A stretch of 64,000 nucleotides of DNA from Eledone cirrhosa (Eukaryota), in contig OZ024743.1 in assembly GCA_964016885.1 (NCBI GenBank), forward strand, positions 224,688,001 to 224,752,000, in the 5' to 3' direction. Under the pieces are notes generated by a model. It worked only from the letters and a program-made list of their open reading frames with translations. It had not been told where the DNA came from and ran no database searches. This document shows, one piece after another, positions 27,501 to 41,375 of the stretch (the first letter of the stretch is position 1; every line of letters begins with the position of its first letter). Both the position numbers and the translations under genes were made by a program.

Positions 27501-29230
27501 AGAAGTGAGAGAATTCTGGCCGGATATACCCATTTTAAATAGAAAACTGAATAAAATTTAAGAACATTCGCAATCAACAATTGTTTCAGGATCCTACTGC
27601 TTTGTCTGCACTATTCTAAGTTGTTTGCAGCAATTAGTATTCTTGCTTATATGTATCCCTGACATATAGCTTAACCACCTTTGATACTTTTCTCACATCT
27701 TTTAAACAGTCATCATGATCTTTGAATCCAACAGCTCATCTGACCAATTCCTTATCAAGGCTACACAACTTACATCTTCCCACTGCACAGCACACTTCAA
27801 CCCTTAAATCAGCTATATGACTGGAGCTTCATAACATTTTTTTAATAACTACTCATAGCAAAAAAGACTGCATGAAATTACATTAGCAAAACATTCTTGA
27901 AAAATACAAGGCAGCACTATGATTGCATTACAATACAGGTTTAGATGGCCTCTTATGAAGTTACGTTTTACAAAAGGGTTCTTGGGTGTTTTAACCTTAG
28001 GAGTCCTAGTCATGGAAAGCAATGTGAAATATGTGCCTTGCCCAAGAACACAATGCACCACCTGGGAATCAAACTATGACTTTATAATTGATAGTCCAGC
28101 ACCCTAAACACTAGGTCACACATCTACAAGGTGTTAAGAATTAATTAACCCCTAAACCATCATAGACAGCTAAGCAGGTGATCAAAGCCATCCTTATAAG
28201 GCATGTCCATCTACATCCCTTACTCAGCCAAAGCCCACACCCTTCAAGTAGGTAATCTACACTTGTGATGCAGCAGTACATGTTTAAACCTGATTAAGTA
28301 GACCTGTGCCAAAGACATTCCAGTTATGACTAACTCATATGTTTCGAAAACATTGCATCTATGACTACATTATCCAATATGCCCCACCGCAACATTTTAA
28401 GAGACCAGCAGTCCAAAGGATAACATAGGAGTTGTCTGGTCAGCTTATAGCAGGATAAAGTAAGTACCAAACTTAATAAGTACTCGGGTCGATATGATCG
28501 ACTAAATCGCTTTAAGACGGTGTCCAACATGTCCACAATCTAATAACTAAAAAGAGAAGAATATACAAACACAGCTATAAACGACTCACTCCAGAAGATA
28601 AGATGACAACAAAGACACAAGGAATTGAAGATCAAGATATTTCAAAAGTTAAGATTGAAATCTAAATTAATGAAATAGTTGAGTGAATGAAATATAATGA
28701 AAGAATATTGCAACATTGACAGGAGACAAATTCTCGAAATATCTCGTTTCGAGTCCTAGTTATAGAAATTTGGTTCCTATTATTACGGGATTTTGTCCAT
28801 ATATCACCTCTACAAATGAGGTTTCGTATATTGAGACAGAACGAGTAAATAGTTGAGAAATATGAAGCAAGAAATTTTATGTATTATTATTCTCAAAAAC
28901 TTGTACAAAAAGTAACACAATTATTATTGAACCACAGAAGTTGTTGTAAATAATGAAAGGACTTCCAAAACAACACATTTTGAGTTGTTAACCTCCATAT
29001 TTTTTAAAGGAAGGCAATATTGACCAAGATGAACAAGGTAAAGTTGACCGAGAGCTGAACCAAACTAGAATAAAGTATTGAATGTGATGGGGTAAGAATA
29101 TCTATGATGGATACATAGAAATATATCTGTACATATATAGCAGTAATATTAAAATAGCAAGCTTACCTCCATATAGCCAAGCATCATCATCTTCAACTCC
29201 GTCAACAGTTGGCGGTGCAGTAGCAGCCAT
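12587..29230 (-). CDS. FIP1L1: Pre-mRNA 3'-end-processing factor FIP1; exons 29230-29167, 26748-26709, 25579-25447, 23444-23338, 22932-22883, 22117-21986, 20617-20508, 19736-19661, 19542-19374, 19247-19126, 18360-18283, 17093-17060, 16139-16044, 14929-14903, 13743-13675, ~13018-12893, 12731-12587
   Basis: Starts [21 protein letters not shown]; acidic region ending [15 protein letters not shown]; Fip1 motif [35 protein letters not shown]; Pro-rich region; RD/RE-repeat region; basic C-terminus. Splice phases are consistent. Confidence 0.96.
17655..18050 (-). mobile_element. Two adjacent tRNA-derived SINEs (family A and a relative)
   Basis: Both carry aaggatgaaa(g)g..aagt(c/t)aacct(c/t)ggcg and the reverse B-box (t)ttgaactca. 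Confidence 0.75.
21060..21345 (-). mobile_element. tRNA-derived SINE (family B)
   Basis: gcaatgtgaaataaagtg core and terminal aagccatgcaccttcac shared with the copy at 44290-44425. Confidence 0.65.
23860..24550 (+). mobile_element. Degenerate RTE-type LINE 3' fragment (second RTE family)
   Basis: [29 protein letters not shown] with stops and frameshifts downstream. The 3' end recurs at 31285-31520 (+), 39405-39690 (-) and 51770-52010 (+). Confidence 0.75.
24840..25330 (+). mobile_element. RTE 3' UTR copy with about 7 tandem ~46-bp units and (GAT)n tail
   Basis: Repeated caaaaagcacccagtccacactgtaaagtggtcgtgtagg, then the terminus shared with 62050-62235. Confidence 0.8.
26043..26580 (-). mobile_element. 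Mariner (Tc1/mariner) transposase 3' remnant with terminal inverted repeat
   Basis: Degenerate [26 protein letters not shown], SPDxAP-like and KCV..GDYVEK on the minus strand; TIR-like tacaagggttggctgaaaagttc at 26043. Confidence 0.8.
27123..27540. mobile_element. piggyBac-like TTAA-MITE nested within another copy of itself (inner copy 27242-27470)
   Basis: TIR CCCTTTAGCATTTA flanked by TTAA; the outer copy resumes after the inner gggttaa. Confidence 0.75.
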
Positions 29231-29481
29231 TGTTAAAAATTACACAATCAAACCACGGACTGAGATCTCGTGCAAATGAGACTAAATTGTCTCTAAATTT
29301 TTTTAATTCAATATTTTTTTCATTATGTATCTTATAGCAATATCTTTTTTTTAAATATATCTAATTTTAGAATTATATTTATCTATCCTTTTTATTTTAA
29401 ATTAAAATGTTACGAACCGGTCTCTCGCAACCTCCGGGCATGCTTTAACTTTTTTTTTGTAAATTATATGCGGTGTGAAGC
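29231..29481. promoter_or_regulatory. Putative bidirectional promoter FIP1L1/MTIF3
   Basis: Only 251 bp separate the divergent start codons; CpG-containing patches lie near both ends. Confidence 0.7.
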
Positions 29482-30887
29482 ATGGCTGTGTTAGCCGTTT
29501 GTCAACGGAAGATGTAAGTGGCATATTATTTACACACCGATATTTATTTACGGTTAATGTAGCATTGATTTATATATAATTACATAGTTTAAGTTTTATA
29601 AAAACATGATTAAATATACAACATTGAAGTATTATTGTTTTGACGTTCTTTCGTTTTAAGCAGATCATTCGCTGTACGTGAAAAAACGTATACTTAATTT
29701 AAATGACATTATTCACCGGTCATTACTTAAAACAAAAGGACGCTAAATGATGATCTTGTTTCGTATATTGTTATTCTGGTTTCTCTTTGTATTTATTATG
29801 GTAGACAGTATAGTATGGCCCTCAACAATATTTGTATTTATTCTTTGTTTACAACCCTATCATTTCAATAACACGTTTCCGGACCGAATGACATCTCGTG
29901 TCCTTGAGCAATACACTTTATTTCACGTTTCTCCAGTTTACTCAACAGAAAAAAAGAATTATTACGACACTGGTTCCCTTGGAAAATATCGGTGATATGG
30001 AGAGAGAAGACAGACATGCATGGGACTGGTGGTTTACCCTTGGAAAAAAACTTTCCAGGTGTAAATCCACTTTCGATTATTTTCCTAGGGGCCCATGTTT
30101 TCCTTGGAACCGTATTGGATTAAAGACCTTTAGCTCGGCACCACCGACCTTTTGTTTTTGATCTTATTGAATCTGTCGTCATGTTGAAACAGGGATGATC
30201 ATTGCCTTGTTCCCAATATGCTATATAAACTCAAGATTTTCATTAGTGAATATTTATGTGTCGACGAAATCTTTAAAAACATCAATATTAATTCACCTCT
30301 AAACTATTTCTAAATTTTTTTGTGTTATTTGTCGCCCCTTTTGTCTAGTTTTATTCTACTCCAATGCTCAAGGTTAACTGTTATACAGGATGTTGAAAAC
30401 ATTCGATTAACAGAGATTGTTCTTGCAAGTAGAAAACGAAAACTTCTACCCCCCCCCCCATCCTCTATCTATCTGTCTGTCTGTCTGTCGTTATCCATGT
30501 TTATTTATCAATGTCTCTATCTTCGGACAAGATCAACAATAATAACCATAAAGGACAAATCCCTCTATAGCAGCCCGAGGATAGGTAGGTTGAAGTCAGT
30601 AATTAATCTTTGGGTAATGATTAAAGAAAATATGGATGAAAATTATTGTAATTTATTTAAATCAATGTCCAATGAGATACGATGATGACTGGAGCGAAAA
30701 TAGTGAGAAAGCCGAGGAAAATCGAGGATTCAAGCAACTTTACATCGAATACTAATATATTTATATTAAAAAAAGCAATTGGCAACCAAAGAGGTACTTC
30801 AAATCATTTTATTAATGTCTACACATGTTTCAACTTCAATATGGTATATACTAAATTATCGTATGATACCTAATTTATATATATGTA

Positions 30888-30935
<48 letters not shown>

Positions 30936-33900
30936 GGAGGTGAGTTTTATTGTAGTACAATAAAGCAATGCAGATATCGGATAAGAAATGTTTTTGAAAT
31001 GCGCATAATAAAATATATGGAACTCCTTTAACCATCTTTTGATCTTATATTATATATATATATATATACACTGAAACGAAACAAGGGAGATGACTCGAAA
31101 AATGAGCAAATTAAAATTCTGGAGAAATAAAGACGATGCAGATAAAAGTGGTTCTTTTCTTTAAAGTAAACTGATAAAAGCAACATACATGTTTCGACCT
31201 CCATATCAAAGTATATTCTATTCAGTTGGCAAGTATAAGAGTGACCTCTCGATAGCAGAATAAAGGGAATATAGCAAATATAGAGTGTGGTTAGAATGTC
31301 CCAAGAAAGAATCGCTGGACAGATTTTACGGGCTAAACCAACTGACAAGAGACCCAGGAGTAGACCCCGAGCAAGATGGTTGGATAACATCTATGACCTC
31401 GACTGGTCTCGCTTTGGGGATCCAACCGGATCAGTTAGAAACGGTTCTGACAGAATTCACTGGAAGGAGTGTTTGAGGACTCTTCCACCCTTTCAGGAAT
31501 AAGTGGTCGAAGAAGAAGAACAATAACACTGAGAGAAGGAACTTCAGCAGATTATTCTGTTCCTTAAATACATATATATTATAGTGAATTGAAAAACTGA
31601 GATTAACAGATATTTTTTTAATGGGCAACTCTCGGTCATACATGACTTTGAGCTTGCACCTAAACAGTTTTCCGATGTACAAGCCTGGCAAGGTGTTTTT
31701 GTGGAAGAGCAGCAGTCGCCCATGTCACGCATGTTATCCAAGGGAAAGACGAAGTCTAATCAATACAGCTTGGCACCAGTGACGTCGCGACTAACGTGAA
31801 ATAAAGTGTCTTGCTCAAAGACACTATCCACCGCTTGGTTAGAAAATCGAACTCACGGTTTTACAATCGTGTCTTCTCTTATCTGTGATTAGCCATGAAA
31901 AATTTAGTGGAGAGAAACAGCGGCTAAGGTATTATAAAGAAAGCTAGATAAGGGGCAAGGGGGATAACTCCTAAAATTAATCTTGAAAATGTTTGGAATT
32001 TATAGAATAGTTTCTATAGTTAAACCAACACCGTCTCGTCTGCTTCCATTTCGCAACAGTGTTGCATGGCTTAATTCGGTGCTTTTCTCATCAATCGATG
32101 CTCTCCTTGATTATGAGTGTACTCGCATTGGAGTGGCCCAACAGCTCGGTTTCCACGTGTATGAGTTGCAGAAATGCCGTTGTTGATCAGTTTGGCCCCT
32201 TATCCTACCGACATAGTGCAAACTGGTTCCCTCAACACGCCACTCTGAACAACCTAATCGAAAGGAGCCTCGTCACAACTGGAGCCAGATGGCCTTGACA
32301 GCAGTGACGGTAACTGCCCAGACGGAATAACTCTCTTCCCATTCGAGGGAGGTAAATCTGGGACTCCACGTGCTGTGACACATTCTCCATCTCTAACCTT
32401 GTCGCTTCGGCCGCAAACCCGGACACTACTGCTCGTATTGCAGAGGAGATGAAGATAACTAAATACCGAGGATTGACCGGCTGCTGCTTTTTTGTCCCAG
32501 TTGCTATCAACACCTTAGGTGTTCTTGGTTCCTGAACTGCTGTTTTCCTCTGCAAAATCGGGAAAATTGAAGGAGCCTTGTGAAGTAGGGTGTTTGCTGC
32601 AGTGAGTGTTGCTGAACATTCTCCATGGCAATGTCTTTGCCATTTTGTCTGCAGGTCGCAGCTGAAGCATATCACTTGGGCTGGGGTGTGCAGCCTGTTG
32701 TCCTCTATTTCCCTTCTTTCATTGCTTAGTTTCTTTCTTCTTTTTCTTCCTTTTTTCTCCATCTTTTTTCTTTTAATATTTATTATATGGTTTCTGTAAT
32801 TATCCATTAAGAAAGAAAATATTAGTGTATGTTGATGAAAGTTATTGTTTTAACTCTTTTGATACCAACCCACATAAGATCGCTCCTGTTTTTCGTGTAC
32901 TTATATCTAAGATAAGTTGTGTTTTAAGAGCTGTATTATTCATAATGCTGACTAGACTCATGTCAGTTTTTCCAGGGGTAGGGTAGATGAAAGATTGAAA
33001 TGCCAATAGAGGGCCCGAAATACCTGAAAATCTTGACTAGTTTTTATGACTTTGCATACATCATCATAGTTGTGACATGTCTGTGAAAGCTAGTATTTTA
33101 TTTTTCAGATTTTCATCCTTGTTTCGTCCTTTATTTCACTTACCACAGTTAAGGCCCTACACACCTCTTGTGAGAACACAGCTGAAATTTGCTTCATCTG
33201 GGAAACAGCCAAAATCTTGGAAAAATAATACTGTTAAGAAATCAGCTCTTGATAATACAGATGAACAAGAATCACCACAGCTAATTAAATTATTTGATGA
33301 AGCAGGTCTTCTGGTGCCTGTTGTTAAGAAAGATGAAGCTAAGAAGATGGCAAAATTAAAGGACCTCAGATTAGTTCAAATAAGTGAGGACAAACTAGAA
33401 CCACATTATCAATTGATGACTGGAAAGCAGTTACTTGAAGCTCAGTTAAAACAGAAAAAGTCCAAAAAACAAAAGCCCAGTGTGGAGAAAACTGTTCAGT
33501 TGAATAGCAACATTTCAGAACATGATCTTGTCATTAAACTAAACAAGATAAAATCTTTACTAGAAAAAAATTTTAATATAAGAATGAAGATAAAACTTCC
33601 ATACACAATTGATGAGGTAAGGTTTTCATAATTTCAAAAATGTTACACAAATGCTAAAGAAAATACAATTACACTGTTTTTTCCTTAAGCCTTAAGCATT
33701 TACATTATTCTATATATACTATTAGATTTTTGTGGTAATGGCTTTATCTCACATATCAAATCTATGAGATTTTGATTAGCATGAGCAGCCGGTTTGAACG
33801 GAAAGAGGTGAGAGAATTCATCCAGGATATGGCCTGTTTAAATGCTAAGGAGTTAATCTTTATATATATATATTAATATCACTAAAACCATTACAAACAC

Positions 33901-36900
33901 TAATTATGTTAACATCACTTTAGGTAGTTTCAAACTCAAGGACTCAAAAAGGCACAGAGGGCCAAAAGTGAGATGAGGGTGATTTTCACCAGTTATAATG
34001 CTAATCTACAATATAGCTGATAGGTAGCTATTTTATTTTATTTTTTAATGATTGTATTAGGTTGGCAGGTTGAGTTTAATACTGCTGCTGCAAGAGTATG
34101 GAAGGAGCGAGGGAAAAATTACAAACTTTTACGAAAATATTAGTTGCAAAAATTATTCTGCCATATTAATTTGCAGATTGCATGCAGCCCACTGGTTGTG
34201 TGTTGAGACCCTGTACTTTACCAGAACTTCAAGTTCATCCAAGTCTTGAGAATGAAATGAAGTAGACAGAAACAGTGATAGAATTAATCTATTACCCAGT
34301 TAAACACCATCATCTCATACTTGAGTAGCTTTCATATAGACCATTCTGTTGCAAGTATTCAGATCAAGTCTCCAATCTGAAGGTGATTCTGTATCTTAAT
34401 GTATTGCTTTTTGCTGCTACAACCTATGAATCATGGTTTATTTTGTCTGTCTCTTTCCACCTCACAAAAGCACGACATATCATGGGAGCTGTAGTTTCTC
34501 CTATGACTAAGCCATAATAATTGTTTCTACTTTTGGCACAAGGCCAGCAATTACCCCAGTGCATTACTGGTGCTTTATTTTATCGACCCTGTAAGGATGA
34601 AAGACAAAGCTAACCTCAGCGGGATTTGAATTCAGAACATAAAGAGTCATATCTCTATGCTGCAAAGCATGGTGTCTGACGCTCTACCAATACTGTCAAT
34701 TTACCGCCCTAAGCCATAATAATAAAAAGAAGTAATCATGCTTCTTCTCTCTTGGTCTCCATATGCCTGTATTCGTAGAGAATGCTGAGGTGACACTGAA
34801 ATGTCATCTCCATTGCAGTTGTTGGCAAGGTTGTATGGAAGACCAGCTATTGGCTATGCAGTTGATCTTCCCTTTCCATGCCACTGATGTTTGTATAAAG
34901 CAGGGATCTCAAACTCAAGGACTCAAAAAGGTCATTATGTCTTGGCACAGCAGGTCAAAAATGAGATGGGGTGGGTGATTTCCACCAGTTATAATGCTAA
35001 TCTGCTATACAACTCATAGGCTACTATTTATTATATTTTTTCATCAAAATGAATATATATATATGATAGTAGGTGAGGTATGTGAATTAGTACATGTAGA
35101 GGAACAAATTTTCCTTAATTCTGTTATTACGTTTGGTAAATCCCCTTTTTCCTGTTTTCACATTTGGTAACTTCCGTCTTTTTCCATTTTATTATATTTA
35201 ATGGGTAAATTGCAATGAATTGTACTGTAAATATTGTTAAAACGGAAAACAAAAGCAAAATTTGAAGTTGTAGCACATTAAAAAAATATTAGTCATGAAA
35301 ACTGTTTTGTCACAGGTCATAGAAAAGTAGTTTGTAGGTTGCCTGTTTGAGATCTCTGGTGAAAGTGAAGGATATAAGCAAATACAGCTTATTATTAGTG
35401 TCATTGCAGGTATTGCCAGAACAAAGGTAAAGACAACATTAGGCTACTTTAAGGACTTTAACATCTGATTTGTAGTCAATTAAATTGACCTCAGTATTTG
35501 ATTGTTACTTTTACCCTTTCTATTTATATTGATCACAGAAGGATGAAAGGCAAAGCTGATTTGTGTAGGATTTGAACTCAGATTATGAAAAACCAAAACA
35601 AATACTGCAAAGCAGTTTATCTGATACTCAAACGATTCTGCTGTTAACTGCCCTCTGGTCACAGTAATATCACTATAATCACTAACATATCTACAAATAC
35701 TAACAATCACACTAACACTAGATGATAATTTAATTATAAAGAGACAATCTCTCTAATTTTGGTCCCATGATTAATTTATCTAGTCAACTCTATAAAGTGG
35801 TTGGTTACCGAACAAAGACTATCGAAGAGGACTCTTCAGTCTTACAGAATACATGACAACCTCTCTGGTGCTGGTGTCACGATCAAATGTGGTAGTGTTG
35901 GTGCCACTGTAAAATGCACCAAGTATACTCTGTAAAGCGGTAGTGCTGGTGGTACAATAAAATGCACCCAGTACAATCTATTAAATGATTGTTCCGGTGC
36001 CATGATAAAATGAACCTAGTAGACTTTGTAAAGTGATTGGTGTTTGGAAGGCCATCCAACAATGTAAAAACAATGCCAAAATATGGAACATATGAGAAAT
36101 ACTTGGTTCTTCAACTTGTTTAGTTTCAAATCGTAATGACCCCTCCACCTCATGCCAACATGGAAAGCAGACGTAAAAATTATGATAATGCTGTTGATAG
36201 AAAGTGACCTCATATTTAAGTAATAAAAATAGTAAGCTCCCTATGTTTTCAATATTAAAAATAATTGTTTCTACTTTTGGCACAAGGCCAGCAAATACTC
36301 AGTGTATTACTGGTACTTTATTTTATCAACCCCGTAAGGATGAAAGGCGAAGTTAACCTCGGCGGGATTTGAACTCAGAATGGAAAGGGCCGTAACTCTT
36401 TGTGTCAAAGCATGGCGTCTGACCCTCTACCGATACTGCCAATCCACCTCCAGGAGATAGTTTGTTACCCTTGTTGTTTGGCCTTACCCTGATACTCCTA
36501 AAAATAATTGTTTCTACTTTAGGCACAAGGCCAGCAATTATCCAGTGCATTACTGGTACTTTATTTTATCGACCCCGTAAGGATGAAAGGCAAAGTCAAC
36601 CACAGTAAATTTGTATGTTTTTCTGAATAATCAAGGAAGACAACTCTGAAGAGAGTCATTTCCCTTTTTCGCTTGGCTAAATATTGCTTTTTATTTTAAG
36701 GCATAAAGTCAGGAAAGTTGATTAAATCCACCCCAGTACTTAATTGATATTGTATTTAATTGACCTTGGAAAGGATAAAAGGTGAAGTTAATGCTACTGG
36801 GCTATTTAAGATATTGAAATCATTAAAAACAATTAAACCTACCTTTCTATATTCGAGAATAACTACTCTAACATCACTACTAACACTTCACTGCAAATAA

Positions 36901-37976
36901 ATACTAAACTGTTCTGGGATACCACCATTAATTTTATCAAACAGCAAAATTCACTGCTCAGACTAACTTTTTAATTTCAATTCTGATAAAATATATATAT
37001 ATAAAGAAAAACGATGAAGTTTCATTTACATGTATTTAGTTATTTATTGTGTATCAACCTGTTACGGTGTTTGACAGACGATTGGCTCCAAGTCACCCAT
37101 AGAAGTTATGGATCCAACTCCATTATTGATCTGCTCCTCAGACTGGAGATTCAATGAAAAATATAGTGCTTGTGATTTGTGAGATGATGGGTATATATAA
37201 TTCAATAATATGGTTGCTCATATCTAAATCTACTTAATAATTTCATCCTTATAAATCATGGCAGTGAATTGGCAGAACTGTTAAAGTGTCAGTATTTGTT
37301 CCAGGTCTCTGCTCGCTGAGTTCATATTTCACTGAGGTTTATTTTACCTTCTATCCCTTCAGGGTAAAAAAAAACAGTACCAGTCAAGATGACATGTATT
37401 TGTGGAATTATTAAATAGTAGACAGAATGCTTTTCAGTATCTGATCTGGTTATGTACATTTTGAGTTCCAATCCTACCTCCTTCTCACAGAAGTTGTGAC
37501 CAGTAGTGTCAGCAATAGAAACATGGTTTCCTTGGTCTTTTCCTTTTTATAAATCAGTGACATTAATCCTGTTGATACCAACCTGGCTAAAACTGGCACA
37601 AGTTCTATGAAACAAAACCAGACATTTTAATGGGTTCCTATTTAAATTAAAAACCTTTCGAAATATTTTAAAAACTTTTTGTTATGTTACAAATACCATC
37701 TTAATGAAATACTAATTTTAGTAAATCTCTCCAAATTCTTCATTAATTAACTTAATTATTGTATATTTCATTAGAAATATAAGAAAAGGATTAATTGATA
37801 ACTTGTATATTTGTTTTATTTTCTAATTTTTAATGCAGATTGAAAGTCGACAAATTCAGTCCAAATTGTTGAAACGTGTAACCGAGGAAACCAGCCTCAT
37901 AGCCACGATGAAGGAAGTCAGTAGCAAAGCAACAGAATTAGCTCTAATTCTCCGTAAAAAAGACACAAATACGTAA
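29482..37976 (+). CDS. MTIF3: Mitochondrial translation initiation factor IF-3; exons 29482-29513, 33109-33616, 37839-37976
   Basis: MAVLAVCQRK-I joins (phase 2) to FSSLFRPLFHLPQLRP (presequence-like). IF3-N: IKLFDEAG..EAKKMAKLKDLRLVQI..YQLMTGKQL. IF3-C: KTVQLNSNISEHDLVIKLNKIKSLLEK. Last exon ends TAA at 37976. Confidence 0.88.
32050..32710 (+). mobile_element. Degenerate CRE-clade (RLE endonuclease) non-LTR retrotransposon 3' fragment
   Basis: Across frameshifts: KCRC..DQFG..SYRHSA..PQHATLNNLI, DG.CPDGITLFPFEGGK, WDSTCCDTFS, AEEMKITKY, VPVAI.TLG, HGNV.AI (Zn knuckle plus PD..D restriction-like endonuclease). Confidence 0.7.
34515..34712 (-). mobile_element. tRNA-derived SINE family A, full length
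   Basis: Reverse strand has A-box-like tggtagagcg, B-box-like gaattcaaatcc, core ctttcatccttacagggtcgataaaataaag and a (TTA) tail. Confidence 0.8.
36259..36600 (-). mobile_element. Two family A SINE copies
   Basis: Near-identical to the copy at 17655-17835. Confidence 0.78.
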
Positions 37977-40900
37977 CTTTACATAATTTCCTCTGATGTC
38001 TTTCTCAAGGAATGGTGTCCCTTCTTGTGGCTGTGTTCTCTGCTCTCAAAGAATTGCTGCTTTGGATTTCAAAAAAAACAAACCTTAGTCTAAAAGAAGA
38101 AAAGCAAATGAAACCAACCCTTAACTTCCTGTACCACATAAAAATGCATTAATGAGACAGTCTTGAAAAGTATAAAACAGCACTATGATTCACATTGTAA
38201 ATTTTCATGTTCTGTCCACTTGTTAAGATAAAACATTTGACTTAACAAACCTGATTTTATATAATTTTTACTGGATCTTAAGATTTCATTGAAATGAAGT
38301 ATTTTATTAAAATTTGAAAATGGAAATTTAAAATCTTGTGTAAATCCAAACTATTGCAAGTTTCTTGGAGTAAGAGATGTTTTATTTGATAAAATGGAAG
38401 TAATAATTGTTTAATAGCATAGAAATTATTTTTGTGAACTTTTTAAAATAATTAATATGAAATAAAATACATTTTGGATTAATGATTATTTGATCAACTT
38501 TGATTCTGCGTTATAATTACCTTAACACGTTTGATACCATACCATATAAAGCCATCTCTGGTTCTATGATAATAAGCTGTTTATTTTAAAGCATCCATAG
38601 TTTTCTCACAATTTTATGTTAGTTGTTGCTAAATTTACTCTCAGTCCTTTTGATTCATAAGTTCTGTTTCCACAACAACAATGTCTTCTCTAGCTCTTCA
38701 AAAGATTCGACTACAAGAAGTTGCTATGGACAACCTGTCTTAAACTCCTCTGTAATGGTCTAGAGAACTATAATAAACAAAAGAAGTCTGAGGACAGCCT
38801 TGATAAATACCTACCCACACATTGAATTTCTCACTAAATTGCTATGTAAATCAATCCAGGTTAAGTTAAGAACATTGTGTTTTTGATTGTGTAATTCTCT
38901 TTAAGCTTGTATATATGCTTTTGTCCTGTATTATAGCAGCACAACTGGCAACTAGGCAGCCACTTAAGGCATACTCTTCAGAAAAGTACATTACTGAACC
39001 GTAAACATATTTGTATAATTAAATATAATATATATAATAAATTCCTGTTATCAATATATAAATCACTAAACATCTTTGCCCTGTAGTGGAAATATCCAAA
39101 ACAGTAGGTAGGTCATATGGTGTTATGATTTGGCATAGGTGTAGTAGATAGAAAATACAGGCTTAGTAATTTTCTTGGTGGGGTCAGATCAGGAAATGTT
39201 AAAAGCTAGGTATGCAAGTTTGACAAATTGTAAATTGAAATTAGGGAGTGTTGAATTGGGAGAAGGGGGAACACATTCTAAGGCTAGCTTAGGGTGATAA
39301 ATACCCATGTGTTGGTCCTGCATATATTCAAAGTAATCTTAAATAAGTTCATCTACCATACTGATATATTTAGATAATTAATTTACTCCTAACATAATGA
39401 TCAATATTTCTTCTTCCCCTCCTGGGAGGGTTGTGGGGGCAGAGTCCTCAAACATGCCTTCCAGTGGGTTCTATCAGAAGCAATTATCTCCAATTGATCC
39501 AAAGTGAAACGAGCCGAGCTCAAGGTTGTTATCCAAATATCTTGCTCAAGGTCTGCTGGTTGGTTTTGCCCAGTGATTTTTTCCTTAGGTATTCTAACCA
39601 CATGTCCATAGTATCGGAACTGTCATCTCTCAATTTAGAGAAGTAGCGGCTCTACCTGGAGTGACTCCCTGATCTCCGAGCTACACACACTATTAACGAA
39701 CAGAGACCAGTAATTTATTTTGTTATTGTCTCTCATCACCATTATTTAATGTCCATTTTTCCAAGTTAGCATGGGTTAGACAAGTTGTCCTGTTGTGAGA
39801 AATGCCAGGTGACCATGTCTTGCTCGTACAGAATTGATTTTGGCATGGTTTCTAGAGCTGGATGCTCTTCTTAACACCAACCAGATTTACAGTGAATACT
39901 GGATATTTTTTGTCATGACACCTACGCGATCACTTTGCAGTGTGGGTTGGGTGCTTTTTGTCATGTCACCCAACCCATCTCTGATCTCTTCAATTCTGTG
40001 CTGGATGTTCATGTTAAGAGAGAGGCTGAGCTGTCAATATATCTAGTATATTAATATAGTAATGATAATATCTGGAACAATAATAAACAACTAACCTAAG
40101 GCACTAAATACCTTACTGCCAGCTCTATACACAACTAGGAACATTTAGAAAGCTTCCAATATTTACTTTTGTATTGTTAACCAGACTCCATAAGAAAGAT
40201 ATAAAGATGATGAATGAAGACAAACAAATCATATGGTAGTAAATTTGGTTTAATGATCATGGAGAGAAAATATATTGAAAAGTAAAGAAAACTGAGGTGA
40301 CACTCTCAGTTGGAGATCTGCTGGAAAGAGTTAAGGATTGGGGGAAGAATTTTGTCTTTCTTTTTTACGGATTTATTTCAACAAGAATGTTATTTGCATA
40401 AAAGATGTGACATGTCATACACTGGGAGAGAGATCACAGAATGAAAAGTGCAGAATGTGAGGTGGTTGGAGGAGGAATCTATTATAACAAGATTCCAAAT
40501 AAATGGTGAGAACTAAGAATTATTATTTAAACAAACAAAAACCCTCACAAATTTAATAATAAAGGCATTTATGTAAACTTATATATACATACAGTATGTT
40601 TATGTATTGTTTTTCTAATCGATTGACAAGATCTCAGACCTCACTCACTGAGTGGAGTGGAACTTGTCAAATCAGACCAAAGAAACAATGTTTCCGTTGG
40701 TCTTTTCATTGCTGATACTATTTACTGGTCGCAAGTCCTGGCAGAAGGAGCAATGTGAAATGAAATATTTCTTGCAAGAATACAATACGTCATCTGGTCC
40801 AGAAAGAGCAACATGAAATAAAGTGTCTAATTCAAGGACATAACACATCACCCAGTCCAGGAATCAAATTTATAACCGCACGATTCCGAATCCAGTTCTT

Positions 40901-41149
40901 TAACCACTAAGCCATGTGCCTTCACATGCATTTTAAGTTGTGATTATATTATAACTACAACAATATTCAAGTGAGAGCACTTAATATGAAATGGTGACAG
41001 CTTAAAATACTCACAGAAAGATCATATATACACTAACATATTGGACATAGATGCCTTTATTAATTATGCTGTGTGAATTTTATTGCTAATTTAACAATGT
41101 TGTAACATTGATTTGCACATTTTAAATCAGTTTTTATCTTATTCCTGCT

Positions 41150-41375
41150 TGGCCATTTATAGTTCAGTGTGCAGTCTACAGGACCATTTTAGAGTTCAGC
41201 GTGTGATTTAATTGCATATTTACACTTTTGCATGTGGTTCACCTCTATATTTACAGTTCAGTGTGCAGTTTACCTGTACATTTATAGTTCATCATGTAAT
41301 TGACTTGAATTTACTTCAGCATAAAGTTTGCCTGGCCAGTTACAGTTCAGTGTGTGATTTACCTGGCTAATTACA
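41150..41375. repeat. Degenerate ~35-40 bp minisatellite
   Basis: Recurring ttta(c/t)agttcagtgtg unit. Confidence 0.6.

Noticed and set aside
32232-32807. 191-aa minus ORF
   Set aside because: It is the antisense frame of the CRE fossil plus a low-complexity tail.
33077-33108. ORF-track start codon for MTIF3
   Set aside because: A strong acceptor ends at 33108 and a phase-compatible upstream exon exists.
34600-34712. tRNA genes at A/B-box motifs
   Set aside because: These are SINE heads with no complete cloverleaf; they recur with the same SINE body.
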